Notes: generated from the letters alone by a model not told the origin. Counted from the stretch's first letter, positions 1 to 12,580 are shown. The stretch is 64,000 nt of DNA from Mustelus asterias (GCF_964213995.1 NW_027590123.1:1240001-1304000), one strand, 5' to 3'. A program made the numbers and translations.

Positions 1-47
1 ATCTTTCACGTGTGAGGCGAACGTGATAACCATGACATTACATGAAC
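1..47 (-). pseudogene. tRNA-Val(CAC) pseudogene, truncated by window edge
   Basis: Reverse complement matches GGTTATCACGTTCGCCTCACACG of vertebrate tRNA-Val; acceptor/D arm mutated. Confidence 0.8.
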
Positions 48-1131
48 AGCTGACAGCATATTTTAGCTAATCGGCCTGTCTGCAATGTCCAACTGCGCTG
101 CGTTGCTCCAGGTTCCAATGGATAGACTGAGAGCCCATGACACTGAATTCAAGAAGAAAACCGGTACTTTTAACCTGATTTCAGAATTTATCTTGAACAT
201 CAAAATTTAAAAGCTTTCGTTTGGCAAATATCTAAATGAGCATTGATTTCTGCCCATTCATTAATGCATCATTTTCATCTTCCTTCGAATGATCTCAACA
301 AATTGTAATCAGTAATAAAAGTAAATTACTGCGGATGCTGGAATCGGAAACCAAAAGAGAAAATGCTCGAAAATCTCGCAATGTCTGACAGCTCCTGTAA
401 GGAGAGAAAAGGGCTGACCTTTCGAGTCCAGATGACATTTTGTGAAAGCTCATTGAGCAATTGTACTCAGTATTTGTTTTATTATTCAATATTTAGTATC
501 AATACATTATTTAACACATATGTCTTCATTATGAATTGAATATCTCTGGAATTGAATATCACTGAATTGCAAACATAACTGACCAACAGAACGAATCGAA
601 TCACCGGGTAATACAGATCGCAATTTTGAGATTGATCATAACCAGCTTTTAAACAAAGTCAACTACGTTTTAAATGGAAGTGATTCAAGAATTAACTGTT
701 CGTGACAATTGAGCCTTTTTTTTATTATGGGCGTGAAATATTCAGGCGCATAAATTCCGGCCATTTATAGGAAGGTCCAGAAGATCTGCACTGAGTCCCG
801 ATTCTCTCATCTGTTTGAGTGTTTTTTTTTTCTATTTCTTTGTTGTGAAGAACGATTTTTTAAAAGAATCGTCTGGGAAATGAACGCCATTTCTGATAGA
901 TCACTTACAATATCACTTGTGTCAGTCTTCTGGAGCAGACGCTACTATTAGAAACGTTTCATTCTTGTCAGTGCATCAAAAAAAAGTCAGCATTTCTTAT
1001 TTTACAGAAAACATTGGAGGCCGATGTCAGAGCAACAATAATATGCCTGTAATATTGAGTTTCAGATAATGTTGAGAAACGAACTGAAATCATGCAATTT
1101 TCCTTCACGCGACATGAGAAAGCTTAATGAA

Positions 1132-1204
1132 TGTTTCTGCTCCGTTTCGAACCAGGATCTTTCCGCGTGTCAGACGAACATAATAACCACTCCACTGGAG
1201 AAAC
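1132..1204 (-). pseudogene. tRNA-Val pseudogene
   Basis: Full-length but multiply substituted match to tRNA-Val on the minus strand. Confidence 0.8.
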
Positions 1205-1423
1205 AGCTGGACGCAAACTGCAGCAAATCGGACTGTCCGCAATGTTCAACAGCTGCAGGTTCCAATGGTCAGACTGAGAGCCCATGCTTCTTAATTCAGG
1301 AAGATAACCGTTGCTTTCAATCTGATTGCTCAACTTATTTTGAACATCAAAATTTAAAAGCGTTCTTCTGGCAAATATCTAAGGGAACAATGATTTCTAG
1401 TCTTTCATTAATGCATCATTCTA

Positions 1424-2154
1424 TAGCTATACGATAAATGGCAGAACCATAAAGGGTGTAGATACGCAGAGGGACCTGGGTGTGCAAGTCCACAGATCCT
1501 TGAAGGTGACGTCACAGGTGGAGAAGGTAGTGAATAAGGCATATGGCATGCTTGCCTTTATAGGGCGGGGCATAGAGTATAAGGTTGGAGTCTGATGTTG
1601 CAGATGTACAGAACGTTGGTTCGGCCGCATTTGGAATACTGCGTCCAGTTCTGGTCGCCACACTACCAGAAGGACGTGGAGGCTTTGGAGAGAGTGCAGA
1701 GGAGGTTGACCTGGATGTTGTCTGGTATGGAGGGGCTTAGTTATGAGGAGAGATTGGGTAAACTGGGGTTGTTCTCCCTGGAAAAACGGAGGATGAGGGG
1801 AGACTTAATAGAGATGTATAAAGTTATGAAAGGCATAGATAGGATGAACGGTGGGAAGCTTTTCCCCAGGTCGGTGGTGACGTTCACGAGGGGTCATGGG
1901 TTCAAGGTGAACGGGGGGAGGTTTAACACAGATATCAGAAGGACATATTTTACACAGAGGGTGGTGGGGGCCTGGAATGCGCTACCAGGCAAGGTGGTGG
2001 AGGCGGACACACTGGGAACGTTTAAGACTTATCTAGATAGCCACATGAACGGAGTGGGAATGGAGGGATACAAAAGAATGGTCTAGTTTGGACCAGGGAG
2101 CAGCACGGGCTTGGGCTAGTTCCTGTGCTGTATTGTTCTTTGTTCTTTGTTCTT
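1424..2154 (+). mobile_element. CR1 LINE 3' fragment
   Basis: ORF LYRTLVRPHLEYCVQFWSP...RMRGDLIE...VGAWNALP; (TTCTTTG)n tail. Confidence 0.95.
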
Positions 2155-3055
2155 TATTCTCATCTTCCTTCGAATAATCTCAACCAATTGTTCTCAGCAA
2201 TAAAAGCAAATTACTGCGGATACTGGAATCGGAAACCAAACGAAAAAATGCTGGAAAGTCTCACAACGTCTGACAGCACCTGTAAGAAGAGAAAGGAGCT
2301 GACGTTTCGAGTCCAGATGACACTTCAACAACGTTCATTGTACAATTGTACTCAGTATTTGTTTCAATATTTAGTCTCAATGCATTATTTAACACATATG
2401 TCTTCATTATGAATTGAATATCTCTGAAATTGAATATCATAGAATTGTAAATATAACTGACCAACAGGAATCGAGTCACCGGGGAATACAGATCACAATT
2501 ATGAGATTGACCATAGCGAACTACATTTAAACAAAGTGAACTACATTGAAATAGACGAGATTGAAGAATTATTGACACTTGAGTCTTTTCTTTTTTGAGT
2601 GTGAAACATTCAGGCGCATAAATTCCGGCCATTTAAATGAAAGTTCAGTAGATCCGCACTGAGTCTCGATTTCCTCATTTGTCTGAGTGTTTTCTTTTCC
2701 CATTTCTTTGTTTTGAAGAACGATTTAAAAAAAGATTCTTCTGGGAAATGTGCGCCATTTCCTACACTTCACTTACCGTATCACTTGTGTCAGTCCCCTG
2801 GAGCACATACTACTATTCGAAAAGTTCCAGATGGTGATTAGCTACGTTAATCTGCACCTATAAACTCTTTAAATTCTGTTGTAGACTGAACGTGATGCGA
2901 ATATGCGCACAGTGTCAAAATCGAAAGGTTTCTTTCCTGTCAGTTCGTCAAAAAGCTATCAACATTCTTATTTTACAGAAATCATTTGAGGCCGAGGTCA
3001 GAGCAAAGATCATATGGCTGCAACATCAAGATGCGGATAATGTTCAGCAACGAAG

Positions 3056-3637
3056 ATCTAATACAAATAGGAAATATACAGTAAATGGCAGAACCCTTAA
3101 GAATATTGATAGGCAAAGGGATCTGGGTGTACAGGTATACAGGTCACTGAAAGTGGCAATGCAGGTGGAGAAGGTAGTCAAGAAGGCATACCCATGCTTG
3201 CCTTCATCGGCCGGGGCATTGAGTTTAAAAATTGGCAAGTCATGTTGCAACTTTATAGAACCTTAGTTAGGCCGCACTTGGAATATAATATTTAAATTTG
3301 GTCGCCACACTACCAGAAGGATGTGGAGGCTTTGGAGAGGGTAAAGAAAAGATTTACCAGGATGTTGCCCTCTTTTTAGGTCAAACCAAACCAAGTCAAC
3401 AAACTCAGATTAAATCAGGACAAAGTAAAAGGGGCAGCTCCCCAAAAAGGAGGGGAACAGCCCGAACAGAAATCAAAGTACAAAGGAAACTTAAAAACAT
3501 CAAATTAAAATGTGATTATTGGGGTCAATAATGCACCCCAACCACTGCGGTGCCCAGCGGGCGCGGAAAGCGTCAACCTAGCATGGTCGGTGCATGCGTG
3601 GAGGGCTGGTTGCTGTGCTGTAATTTTCTTTGTTCTT
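3056..3637 (+). mobile_element. CR1 LINE 3' fragment, middle replaced by a Tx1-like 3' end
   Basis: QRDLGVQVYRSLKVAMQVEKVVKKAY to ~3369; CR1 3' UTR resumes at ~3578. Confidence 0.9.
3370..3577 (-). mobile_element. Tx1-clade non-LTR element 3' end (ORF2 C-terminus + 3' UTR)
   Basis: Minus-strand translation VDAFRARWAPQWLGCIIDPNNHILI* resembles Tx1 ORF2 C-termini; T-rich 3' UTR ends in an A-run. Confidence 0.6.
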
Positions 3638-3688
3638 TATATTGAAATCATACAGATTTCCTCACCCTAATTTAGAAAGCTTAATGAA

Positions 3689-3761
3689 CGTTTCTGCCCG
3701 GTTTTGAACTGGGAACCTTTCGCGTGTGAGGTGAATGTGATAACCACTACACTACAGAAAC
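3689..3761 (-). tRNA. tRNA-Val(CAC), best-preserved array copy (possibly pseudogene)
   Basis: GTTTCTGTAGTGTAGTGGTTATCACATTCACCTCACACGCGAAAGGTTCCCAGTTCAAAACCGGGCAGAAACG; a few stem mismatches. Confidence 0.6.
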
Positions 3762-4943
3762 AGGTGACAGCAATGATAGCAAATCCGCCTCTCTGCAATG
3801 TTCAACTGTGCTGTGTTGCTGCAGTTTCAAATGGTTCGACTGAGAGCCCATGTCCCTTGTTTCAGGAAGATAACCGTTACTGTCAATATGATTGTTCAAC
3901 TTATCTTGAACTTCAAAATTTTAAAGCGATCGCCTGTCAAATATCTAAGGCAACAATGAATTCCACTCATTCATTAATGCATTATTTTCATCTTCCTTCG
4001 AATAATCTCAACCAATTGTGCTCATTAATGAAAGCAAATTACTGCAGATGATGGAATCTGAAACCAAAGGAGAAAATGCTGGAAAATCTCACAAGGTCTG
4101 GCAGCATCTGTAAGGAGAGAAAAGAGCTGACGTTTCGAATCCAGATGACATTTTGTCAAAGCTCATTTTACAATTGTACTCAGTATTTGTTTCAATATTT
4201 AATATCAATACATTGTTTAACACATATGACTTCATTATGAATTGACTATCTCGGAAATTGAATATCACTGAATTGCAAACATAACTGGCCAACGAAAAGA
4301 GTCGAGTCACCGGGTAATACAGATCCCATGGTTGTTTGTTTGAGATTGGCCATCATCAGCTTTTAAACAAAGTCAACTATAATTAAATGGAAGAGATTGA
4401 AGAATTATCGGTGAGGTATACTTGAGCCTTTTTTATTATAAGTGTGAAACATTCAGGCGTATAAATTCCGGCCACCTATAGGAAAGTCTAGTTGATCCGC
4501 ACTGAGTCTCCATTTCTTCATCTGTCTGTGTGTTTTTTCCGATTTCCATGTTATGAAGAACAATTTTTAAAAAAAGATTCTTCTGGGAAATGTGTGCCAT
4601 TTCCTCTAGTTCACTTCGAGTATCACTTGTGTCTGTCTTGTTGAGCACACACTCCTATTAGACATGTTTCAGATGGTGATTCGCTATTTTAGTTTGCACC
4701 TATGAACCCATTAAATTCTGTTGTCCACTGAACAAGATGATACTATGTGCACGTTCTCAAAATAGAGACGTTTCTTTCCTGTCAGTGCGTCGAAAAAATC
4801 AGCATTTCTTATTCGCAGAAACCATTTGAGTTTGAGGTCAGAGCAAAGATAATATTGTTGTAATGTCGAGATTCGGATAATGTTCAGCAACGAACTGAAA
4901 TCATACAGGATTTCCCTCATCTTCCATGAGAAAGCTTAACGAA

Positions 4944-5016
4944 TGCTGCTTCCCTGTTTCGGACCAGGAACTTTTTGTGTTTTAGGCGAACGGGATAACC
5001 ACTCCACTGCAGAAAC
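4944..5016 (-). pseudogene. tRNA-Val pseudogene
   Basis: Degenerate Val match at the equivalent array position. Confidence 0.75.
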
Positions 5017-6544
5017 AAGTGATAGGATTGGGGCCTCAATGGGCCTGACTACAATGTTTAACTCCACTATGTTGCTGCAGGTTTGAGTGGTATGATTGCG
5101 GGCCCATATCACTTAATACAAGAGCACATCCCTGACTTTCAACCTGATATCTCAACTTATCTTGTTCTTCAAAATTAAAAAGAGTTCGTCCGGCAAATGT
5201 CTAAGAAAGCACTGATTTGTGCTCAATCATCAATGCTTCATTCTTATCTTCCTGCGAATAATTTCAACCAATTATACTCAGTATTTTTTTCATACAATCA
5301 TAGAATCAGTGCAGAAAAGGTATTCGATCGAACGAATCAGCAGCGACGCCAGGACATCATAACCAGGCCATTTCCCTCGTTTCCCCCGCAACGCTACTCC
5401 TTTCGCATGGCTATTCAATCTAACCAAAGGGTAATTTAGCATGCCCAATCCACCTTGGATCTTCATTCAATTTTTAATATCAATACAGTTATTCAATATG
5501 TATGTCCAAATTCTGAATTTAATATCTCTGGAATATACAATCGGTCTGACTGCATTGTACAACTCCGCTCTATTGCTGCAGATTCGAATGGTTAGGACTG
5601 AGAGTCCATTTACCTCAGTGCAAGAAGACAACCGTTACTCTCAACGTGATGTCTCAACTTGTCTCGAATTTCAAAATTTAAAAGCGTTCATCGGACAAAT
5701 GTCTAAGGGAGCAATGATTTCTGCTCCATCATTGATGCATCATTCTCATATACGATCGATTAACTTCAAACAGTTATATCCAGTATTTGTTCGGTAATCA
5801 ACATTTAACATCAATCCATTTATTTAACACAGATATCTTCATTGCGGATTGAATATGTCTGAAATATACAACATTGAATTGCAAATATTATTGACCAACA
5901 AAATAAATCGAGTCACGGGTAATACACATCCCATGGTGCTTTCTTGAGTTTGACCATGATCAGCTTTTAAACCAAATCAAATATCTTTAAAGGGAAGAGA
6001 TTCAAGAATGATCTGTTAGTTATACTTGATCCCTCTTTATTCTGTGTGACAAACATTCTGGCGCCTAAATCTCGTTCATCTATAGGAGATCCAGACGGTC
6101 TGCTTTGATTCTCGATTTCCTCTTCTGTCTGAGAGGTTTTCCCTATTTCGTTATTATGAAGAACAATTTTCAAAAGATGCTTCGGGAAAATGTGCTCCAT
6201 TTCCTCTCGTTCAGTGACAGTATCACTTGTATCTGTATTTTTAAGCACACAATACGATTAGACATGTTTCAGTTGGTGATGAATTATGTTAGTCTGCATT
6301 TATAAACCTATTAAATTCTGGTGTGGACTGAAAATATTGCTAATATGTGCACGGTTTTAAAAAAGGAACATCTATTTCCTCTCATTGCGTCATGAAAATA
6401 CAAGGTTTCTGATTTTGCTGAAAGCTTTTGAGGCCGAGGTGAGCGCAAATATAACATGGCTGTAACATCGAGTTTCGGATAATGTTCAGCTACAATCTGA
6501 AATTATACAGACTTCCCTCAACCTTAATGAACAAATTTCATTAA

Positions 6545-6617
6545 TGCTTCTGCTCGATTTCGAACGTGGGCCGTTGCGTGCGTGAGGCAAATGCAATCAG
6601 CACTACACCACAGAAAC
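6545..6617 (-). pseudogene. tRNA-Val pseudogene
   Basis: Degenerate Val match (cactacaccacagaaac on +) at the equivalent array position. Confidence 0.7.
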
Positions 6618-7304
6618 TGTTGGCTGCTCCGTAGCCCAAGGGGACTGTCTTGAAATGTTGCAACATTCATTGGGAATGCTGTAGACGCATTAATCTAAGA
6701 ATGATCGAAAATGGTTGACAATGGCACAGAACGACGAGAGGCTCATCAATCCATCAGATCTATGCGAATTATTTTATGAGGAGCTAAACAATTAACATGT
6801 CGTTGAGGGATTGGTGGGTCGAAAGGCCTGTTCCTGTGCTGAACTGTTCTTTGTTCCACTTTCAATTTCCTCCTCTCATTCCATGAAGCTGATTTTTCTC
6901 CCTTTTAATTCATTGAAAAATCCCCATTTGAAGAAGGAGTTTCTGCGGAATCCATGTACAATTTGCTTTAACAACCTTTCCCTTACCCAATGGCAGGAAG
7001 TATTGGATTTAGCTTCCCGATATAGTTTTCAATATAAACATATATTTATTTATGCAATTGATTTCATATCGATTTTAGAAAACGAATTTAAGTCTGATGA
7101 AGCATCTCCTCATTATTTCTGAATTATATCTAATATAAAGACATTTACTCCACAACATCACACAGAGTGTGGAATATAACAGACGCGAATGAATCACTAC
7201 ACCTGAAACAGTCTTCTTGTGTTGTCCTCCTGTGTCCCGAACATCCGAACAGAGAACCTCGAGAATGGATGCGGAATCTGTCGTGTTCACACGGACTTCA
7301 CACA

Positions 7305-9200
7305 GGGCAACACAGTAGCACAGTGGTTAGCACTGCTGCTTCATAGCTCCAGGGACCTGGGTTCAATTCCCGGCTTGGGTCACTGTTTGTGTGGAGTTTG
7401 CACATTAGAACATAGAACATTACAGCGCAGAACAGGCCCTTCGGCCCACGATGTTGCACCGACCAGTTAAAAAAAAAAACTGTGACCCTCCAACCTAAAC
7501 CAATTTCTTTTCGTCCATGAACCTATCTACGGATCTCTTAAACGCCCCCAAACTAGGCGCATTTACTACTGATGCTGGCAGGGCATTCCAATCCCTCACC
7601 ACCCTCTGGGTAAAGAACCTACCCCTGACATCGGTTCTATAACTACCCCCCCTCAATTTAAAGCCATGCCCCCTCGTGCTGGATTTCTCCATCAGAGGAA
7701 AAAGGCTATCACTATCCACCCTATCTAAACCTCTAATCATCTTATATGTTTCAATAAGATCCCCTCTTAGCCGCCGCCTTTCCAGCGAAAACAATCCCAA
7801 ATCCCTCAGCCTCTCCTCATAGGATCTCCCCTCCATACCAGGCAACATCCTGGTAAACCTCCTCTGCACCCTCTCCAAAGCCTCCACATCCTTCCTGTAA
7901 TGTGGGGACCAGAACTGCACACAGTACTCCAAGTGCGGCCGCACCAGAGTTGTGTACAGTTGCAACATAACGCTACGACTCCTAAATTCAATCCCCCTAC
8001 CAATAAACGCCAAGACACCATATGCCTTCTTAACAACCTTATCTACTTGATTCCCAACTTTCAGGGATCTATGCACACATACACCTAGATCCCTCTGCTC
8101 CTCCACACTATTCAAAGTCCTCCCGTTAGCCCTATACTCAACACATCTGTTATTCCTACCAAAGTGAATTACCTCACACTTCTCCGCATTAAACTCCATC
8201 CGCCACCTCTCGGCCCAACTTTGCAACCTGTCTAAGTCTTCCTGCAAACTACGACACCCTTCCTCACTGTCTACCACACCACCGACTTTGGTGTCATCAG
8301 CAAATTTGCTAATCCACCCAACTATACCCTCATCCAGATCATTAATAAATATTACAAACAGCAGTGGCCCCAAAACAGATCCCTGAGGTACACCACTTGT
8401 AACCGCACTCCATGATGAATATTTACTATCAACCACCACCCTCTGTTTCCTATCCGCTAGCCAATTCCTGATCCAATTTCCTAGATCACCCCCAATCCCA
8501 TACATCTGCATTTTCTGCAGAAGCCTACCATGGTGAACCTTATCAAACGCCTTACTAAAATCCATATATACCACGTCCACTGCCTTGCCCCCATCCACCT
8601 CCTTGGTCACTTTCTCAAAAAACTCAATAAGGTTAGTAAGGCACGACCTACCTGCCACAAAACCATGCTGACTATCACCTATCAATTCATTACTCTCCAA
8701 ATAACTATAAATCCTATCCCTTATAATTTTTTCCAACATCTTGCCGACAACAGAAGTGAGACTCACCGGTCTATAATTCCCGGGGAAGTCTCTGTTCCCC
8801 TTCTTAAACAATGGGACAACATTCGCTAACCTCCAATCTTCTGGTACTATACCAGAGGCCAACGACGACCTGAAGATCAGAGCCAGAGGCTCTGCAATCA
8901 CTTCTCTTCGTGTCTGCGTGGGTTTCCTCCCACAGTCCAAAGATATGCGTGTTAGGTTGATTGGCCATACTAAAATTGCCCTTAGTGTCCTGAGATGCGG
9001 AGGTTAGCGGGATTAGTGGATAGATATGGGGGTAGGGCTTGGGTGAGATTGTGTTCGGTGCAGACTCGATGGGCCAAATGGCCTCTTTCTGCACTGTAGG
9101 GTTTCTATGATTCTATGATACGCGGAATGTGGCGACGAGAGGATTTTTACAGTAACTTGCAGTATTAATGTAAGCCTGGTTGTGACACCAGTAAATAAAT
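7305..9200 (+). mobile_element. tRNA-derived SINE(s) split by a CR1 insertion
   Basis: Head GGCAACACAGTAGCACAGTGGTTAGCAC...GGTTCAATTCCC at 7305-7404; body resumes ~8903 to a TTCTATGA tail; second SINE-type tail to ~9200. Confidence 0.85.
7405..8902 (-). mobile_element. Young 5'-truncated CR1 LINE with open RT domain
   Basis: ~470 aa open ORF with NYRPVSLTS, DFSKAFD, GVPQGSVLGP, FADD. Confidence 0.97.
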
Positions 9201-9535
9201 TCTGGACACGGACGCATCCAGAACATGTTTGGCGGTAAAAATAAATACATCCATTATTGCTTAGTCTGCAAAAGGGTCACGTCGAGTCGTCAATCAATGA
9301 TCACCATTGATGCGAAATAGATTTCTGGCTGCTCCTGTTGTTAAAATGTCGTGTTCCATCGCAATGAATATCTAACACGATATTGCCGCACTTACACCAC
9401 ACCAGGGAATTCCAGTTCAGGAAGTTTACTCTGGAGCTCGCACGCTTTTTACGTTGCCAATGAGTTCATTTCTCTTTTGTGTGTCAATGGCTGTGTTAAT
9501 CTGCTTGGTTATCTTTCTTAGTGATTGTCCGTGTG

Positions 9536-9748
9536 TCTAGTGGAACAAGCTGCCAGAGGGAGTAGTAGAGGCGGGTACAATTTTATCTTTTAAAAAGCAT
9601 TTCGACAGTTACATGGGTACGATGGGTATAGAGGGATATGGGTCAAATGGGGGCAATTGGGATTATTTTAGGGGTTTAAAAAAAGGGCGGCATGGACAAG
9701 TTGGGCCGAAGGGCCTGTTTCCATTCTGTAAACCTCTATGAATCTATG
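9536..9748 (+). mobile_element. CR1 LINE 3' end
   Basis: WNKLPEGVVEAG-coding end plus CR1 3' UTR/tail. Confidence 0.85.
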
Positions 9749-10004
9749 TTTGAGTCGATCGGTTTGGGAATCTATCACATAGTTTACATGTCTCTATGTT
9801 GATTCTGTGCAGTATCCGAGGCTTCTAGTGAACACGGAGGTGGAGTTATTCATGCATTATCATGGTGAGCAACGCAAACTAATAGGTGTCAGAAATCTGC
9901 AGAATAATTCTGGATTTTTAACGAGGGACGTTAGAATTGATGTCACTGTCTGGGCATATATCTATATGGTTATATATCCTTATTCGTGTTGGTCTTTCCG
10001 CGTG

Positions 10005-10240
10005 ACCGTGTGTGTATCTGTTCTCCGCATGTCTGCTGGGTTTCCTCGGATGCTGTGGTTTCCTCCAACAGACCAAAGATGTGCGGATTAGGTGGATTGG
10101 CCATGATAAATTGACCCCTAGTGTCAGGGAGATTCTGTGTGCGGTTACGGGAATAGGGCCTCGGTGGAATTGTGGTCGGTACAGACTCTCTGGGCCAAAT
10201 GGCCTCCTTCTCTACTGTCGGGGTTCTACGATTCTACGAT
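10005..10240 (+). mobile_element. SINE fragment
   Basis: gggtttcctc...caaagatgtgcggattagg body and ttctacgattctacga tail. Confidence 0.8.
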
Positions 10241-10509
10241 CTTTATATGTGTCAGTCTTTTCAGGTTGCCGTGTGTGTACCTGTTTCCAATATGCGGCTG
10301 TGCTGTCCACGGGAGAACACTCTCTGATCACCTATGAAAGATCACAACCCCTTTCTAAAGGAGTTGTCTGTTTGAAGATGTAAAGATGGGCGGAGAGATG
10401 GAGTCCCCTTGGACCTCCTAGCATCCCCCTGACTGTTTCAACATCTCCAATTGCAGACCTGATTCAGACAGTGATCAGTCTCTCTGTTTCTGGTGTTCAG
10501 TCTCGAACC

Positions 10510-10986
10510 ATGGGGGTGAAACTCTGTCTCACTCTGGTTATTGTCCTGATTGCAGGTTTGTCATTTTGAACTTCTGCGTGACATCTGCCAGTCACCAGAT
10601 TCATTCCCCATTTCCATCTCGAGGGGATTATTCCATTGTTGTTACTCCTTCTAACCCACTGCGTGTCTGTTCCCTATTTTCAGACATCAGTAACGGTGAC
10701 TCAGTGTCCCAGTCAGAACCAGGAGTTCAAGCAGCAGGGGGTGAAGATTCAGCAATACCCTGCAGTTACTCGGGATCGAGTTTAAGTACACAACATTAAC
10801 TGTTCTGGTATCGCCAGTATACACACCGAGCTCCTCATTGACTGCTCAGAGCCGCTAATGTACCGAAACGGCTCCAGGTTTCTTATACTGCAGCGGGAAT
10901 CTCAACCTGAAACAAAATTCTTTTCACTTGCCCATGAAAGATTTGAAGGTGACAGACAGCGCCGAGTATTACTGTGCACTGAGAGC
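10510..10986 (+). pseudogene. TCR alpha/delta-type V segment pseudogene (V1)
   Basis: Leader MGVKLCLTLVIVLIA 10510-10555, GT-AG phase-1 intron, exon from 10684 DISNGDSVSQ..C..*LFWYRQ..SFHLPMKDLKVTDSAEYYCALR; two stops and a frameshift. Confidence 0.92.
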
Positions 10987-11025
10987 CACAGTGAATGAGG
11001 CTCCCGCGGACCTCAGACAAAATCT
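10987..11025 (+). promoter_or_regulatory. 23-bp-spacer recombination signal sequence
   Basis: CACAGTG + 23 nt + ACAAAATCT directly after YYCALR. Confidence 0.93.
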
Positions 11026-11594
11026 GGCACAGGTCGATAATCAATGATTCATTGTCAGGACAACACATGGGGTTAAACTTCAGAGAAAATTTACTCATAG
11101 TGAACGTGACAATACAGCCCCGTCTGAGTGTTTTCTCTCACTGAGGTTACTGATTGTCACTGTTGGGAAATTTGACATGTTTTTACTCATATTACTATCA
11201 CATCAAGTCCAATCGCTCCCCGATCCTTTCACACAAACCCGCAGATCTCCCAGGTGAACCATGTCATCACTCTGTACTTTAAATGTTCCAGATCTTTTAA
11301 CTGTCTGACAGACAACACCTTTCAAAAGTGATCAAATATCAAAGGCAGACTCAGAGTTGTCACATTTTGAAGTCGCTGGGTTAAAATAATTGACTGTAAC
11401 ATGTGTACTTTATAAACAAAAGCCCCCAGTTGCAAACAGTCGAGGTTACAACATTGGACGGATATTTTGCTGGAACTTAAAGTCCACAAATGCCGATGCG
11501 GTGAGTTATTTAAACAATTTCGGCGTTCACTCAAGTGTCAGAACTGCTTTGTAGAAAGCTAAACAATTTTTATTTCACTACCGGCTGACGTGCA

Positions 11595-11684
11595 GGCTCG
11601 TTGGTCTAGGGGTATGATTCTCGCTTAGGGTGTCGCAGTTCATTAGCATGCGAGAGGTCCCGGGTTCAAATCCCGGACGAGCCC
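11595..11684 (+). tRNA. tRNA-Pro(AGG) with 18-nt intron (11631-11648)
   Basis: Exons match the canonical vertebrate tRNA-Pro(AGG) (36+36 nt); insert lies after G37; T-run terminator at ~11697. Confidence 0.93.
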
Positions 11685-11961
11685 CTCATTTGTTTCTTTT
11701 TGACCAAGTCAGATGTTGTGATTTGTTTCAGGTGCAAAGGGCTTTCTGCTGACTGGCTCCGAAAAAGAGTCAACGAGGCACAGAGTTTTACAGCACGGAA
11801 AGAGCCCACTCGGACACCCACATGTGACATCTGGACGGGAAACGTTAGTTCTGATTCTCGCTCCACAGATAGTGCCAGAAATACTGGCATAACCCAGTAT
11901 TTTCTGTTTCTATTTCATATTTCGAAAGTCCGCAGTGTGCTGCATTATATAAGACTGTAGG

Positions 11962-12580
11962 TTTTGGGCTGACAAGTGGCAAGTAACATTCGCGCCACAC
12001 AAATGCCAGACAATGTCCATCACCTTAAGAGAAAATCTAACCACCGTCTCTTGACTGTCAATAGTTTTTCCACCACTGAATCCCCCGCTGTTAACATCCT
12101 TACGGTTACCATTGACCAGATACTCAATTGGACTCGCCACATAAACACAATGGCTGCAAGAGCAGGTCAGAGGCCAGGAATACTGTGGCGAATAACTCAC
12201 CTCCTGACTCCCCAGAGTCTGTCCACCATCTACAAGGCACAAGTCAGGAGCGTGATGGAATATTCCCACCTCGCCTGGATGGGTGCAGCTCCAAAAACAC
12301 TCAAGAAGATTGACATTATCCAGGACAAAGCAGCCCGCTTGATTGGCACCACATCTACAAGCATTCAATACCACCGCAGCCGATGCTCAGTAGCAGCGAT
12401 GTGTATCTAAAAGATACACAGCAGCAATTCACCAAAGATCCTTAGACAGCACCTTCGAAACCCACGACCACTTCCATACAGAAGGAAAAGGGTAGTAGAC
12501 ACATGGGAACATCACCACCTGCAAGTTCTCCTCCAAGTCACTCACCATCCTGACTTGGAATTATATTGCCATTCCTTAGC
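11962..12580 (+). mobile_element. Non-LTR retrotransposon 3' fragment (CR1/L2 superclade)
   Basis: LNWTRHINTMAARAGQR..LSTIYKAQVRSVMEYSHLAW. Confidence 0.85.

Larger units (their letters stand above)
1..6617 (-). repeat. Degenerate tandem array of ~1.15-1.6 kb units, each with a tRNA-Val copy; the first three units also carry a Penelope-like remnant
   Basis: Same spacer blocks (e.g. gactgagagcccatg, cattcaggcgcataaattccggcca, gaggccgaggtcagagcaa) recur in order; tRNA-Val copies at ~1, 1132, 3689, 4944, 6545; unit 2 is inflated by CR1/Tx1 insertions. Confidence 0.9.

Noticed and set aside
1-6617. CRISPR-like or protein-coding interpretation of the repeated units and their similar small ORFs
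   Set aside because: Units are kb-sized, degenerate and eukaryotic; the repeated ORFs simply reflect duplicated spacer DNA with unconserved frames.
7495-8940. 481-aa RT ORF as a host gene or retron-like system
   Set aside because: 5'-truncated CR1 fused by chance to SINE sequence; ordinary CR1 tail.
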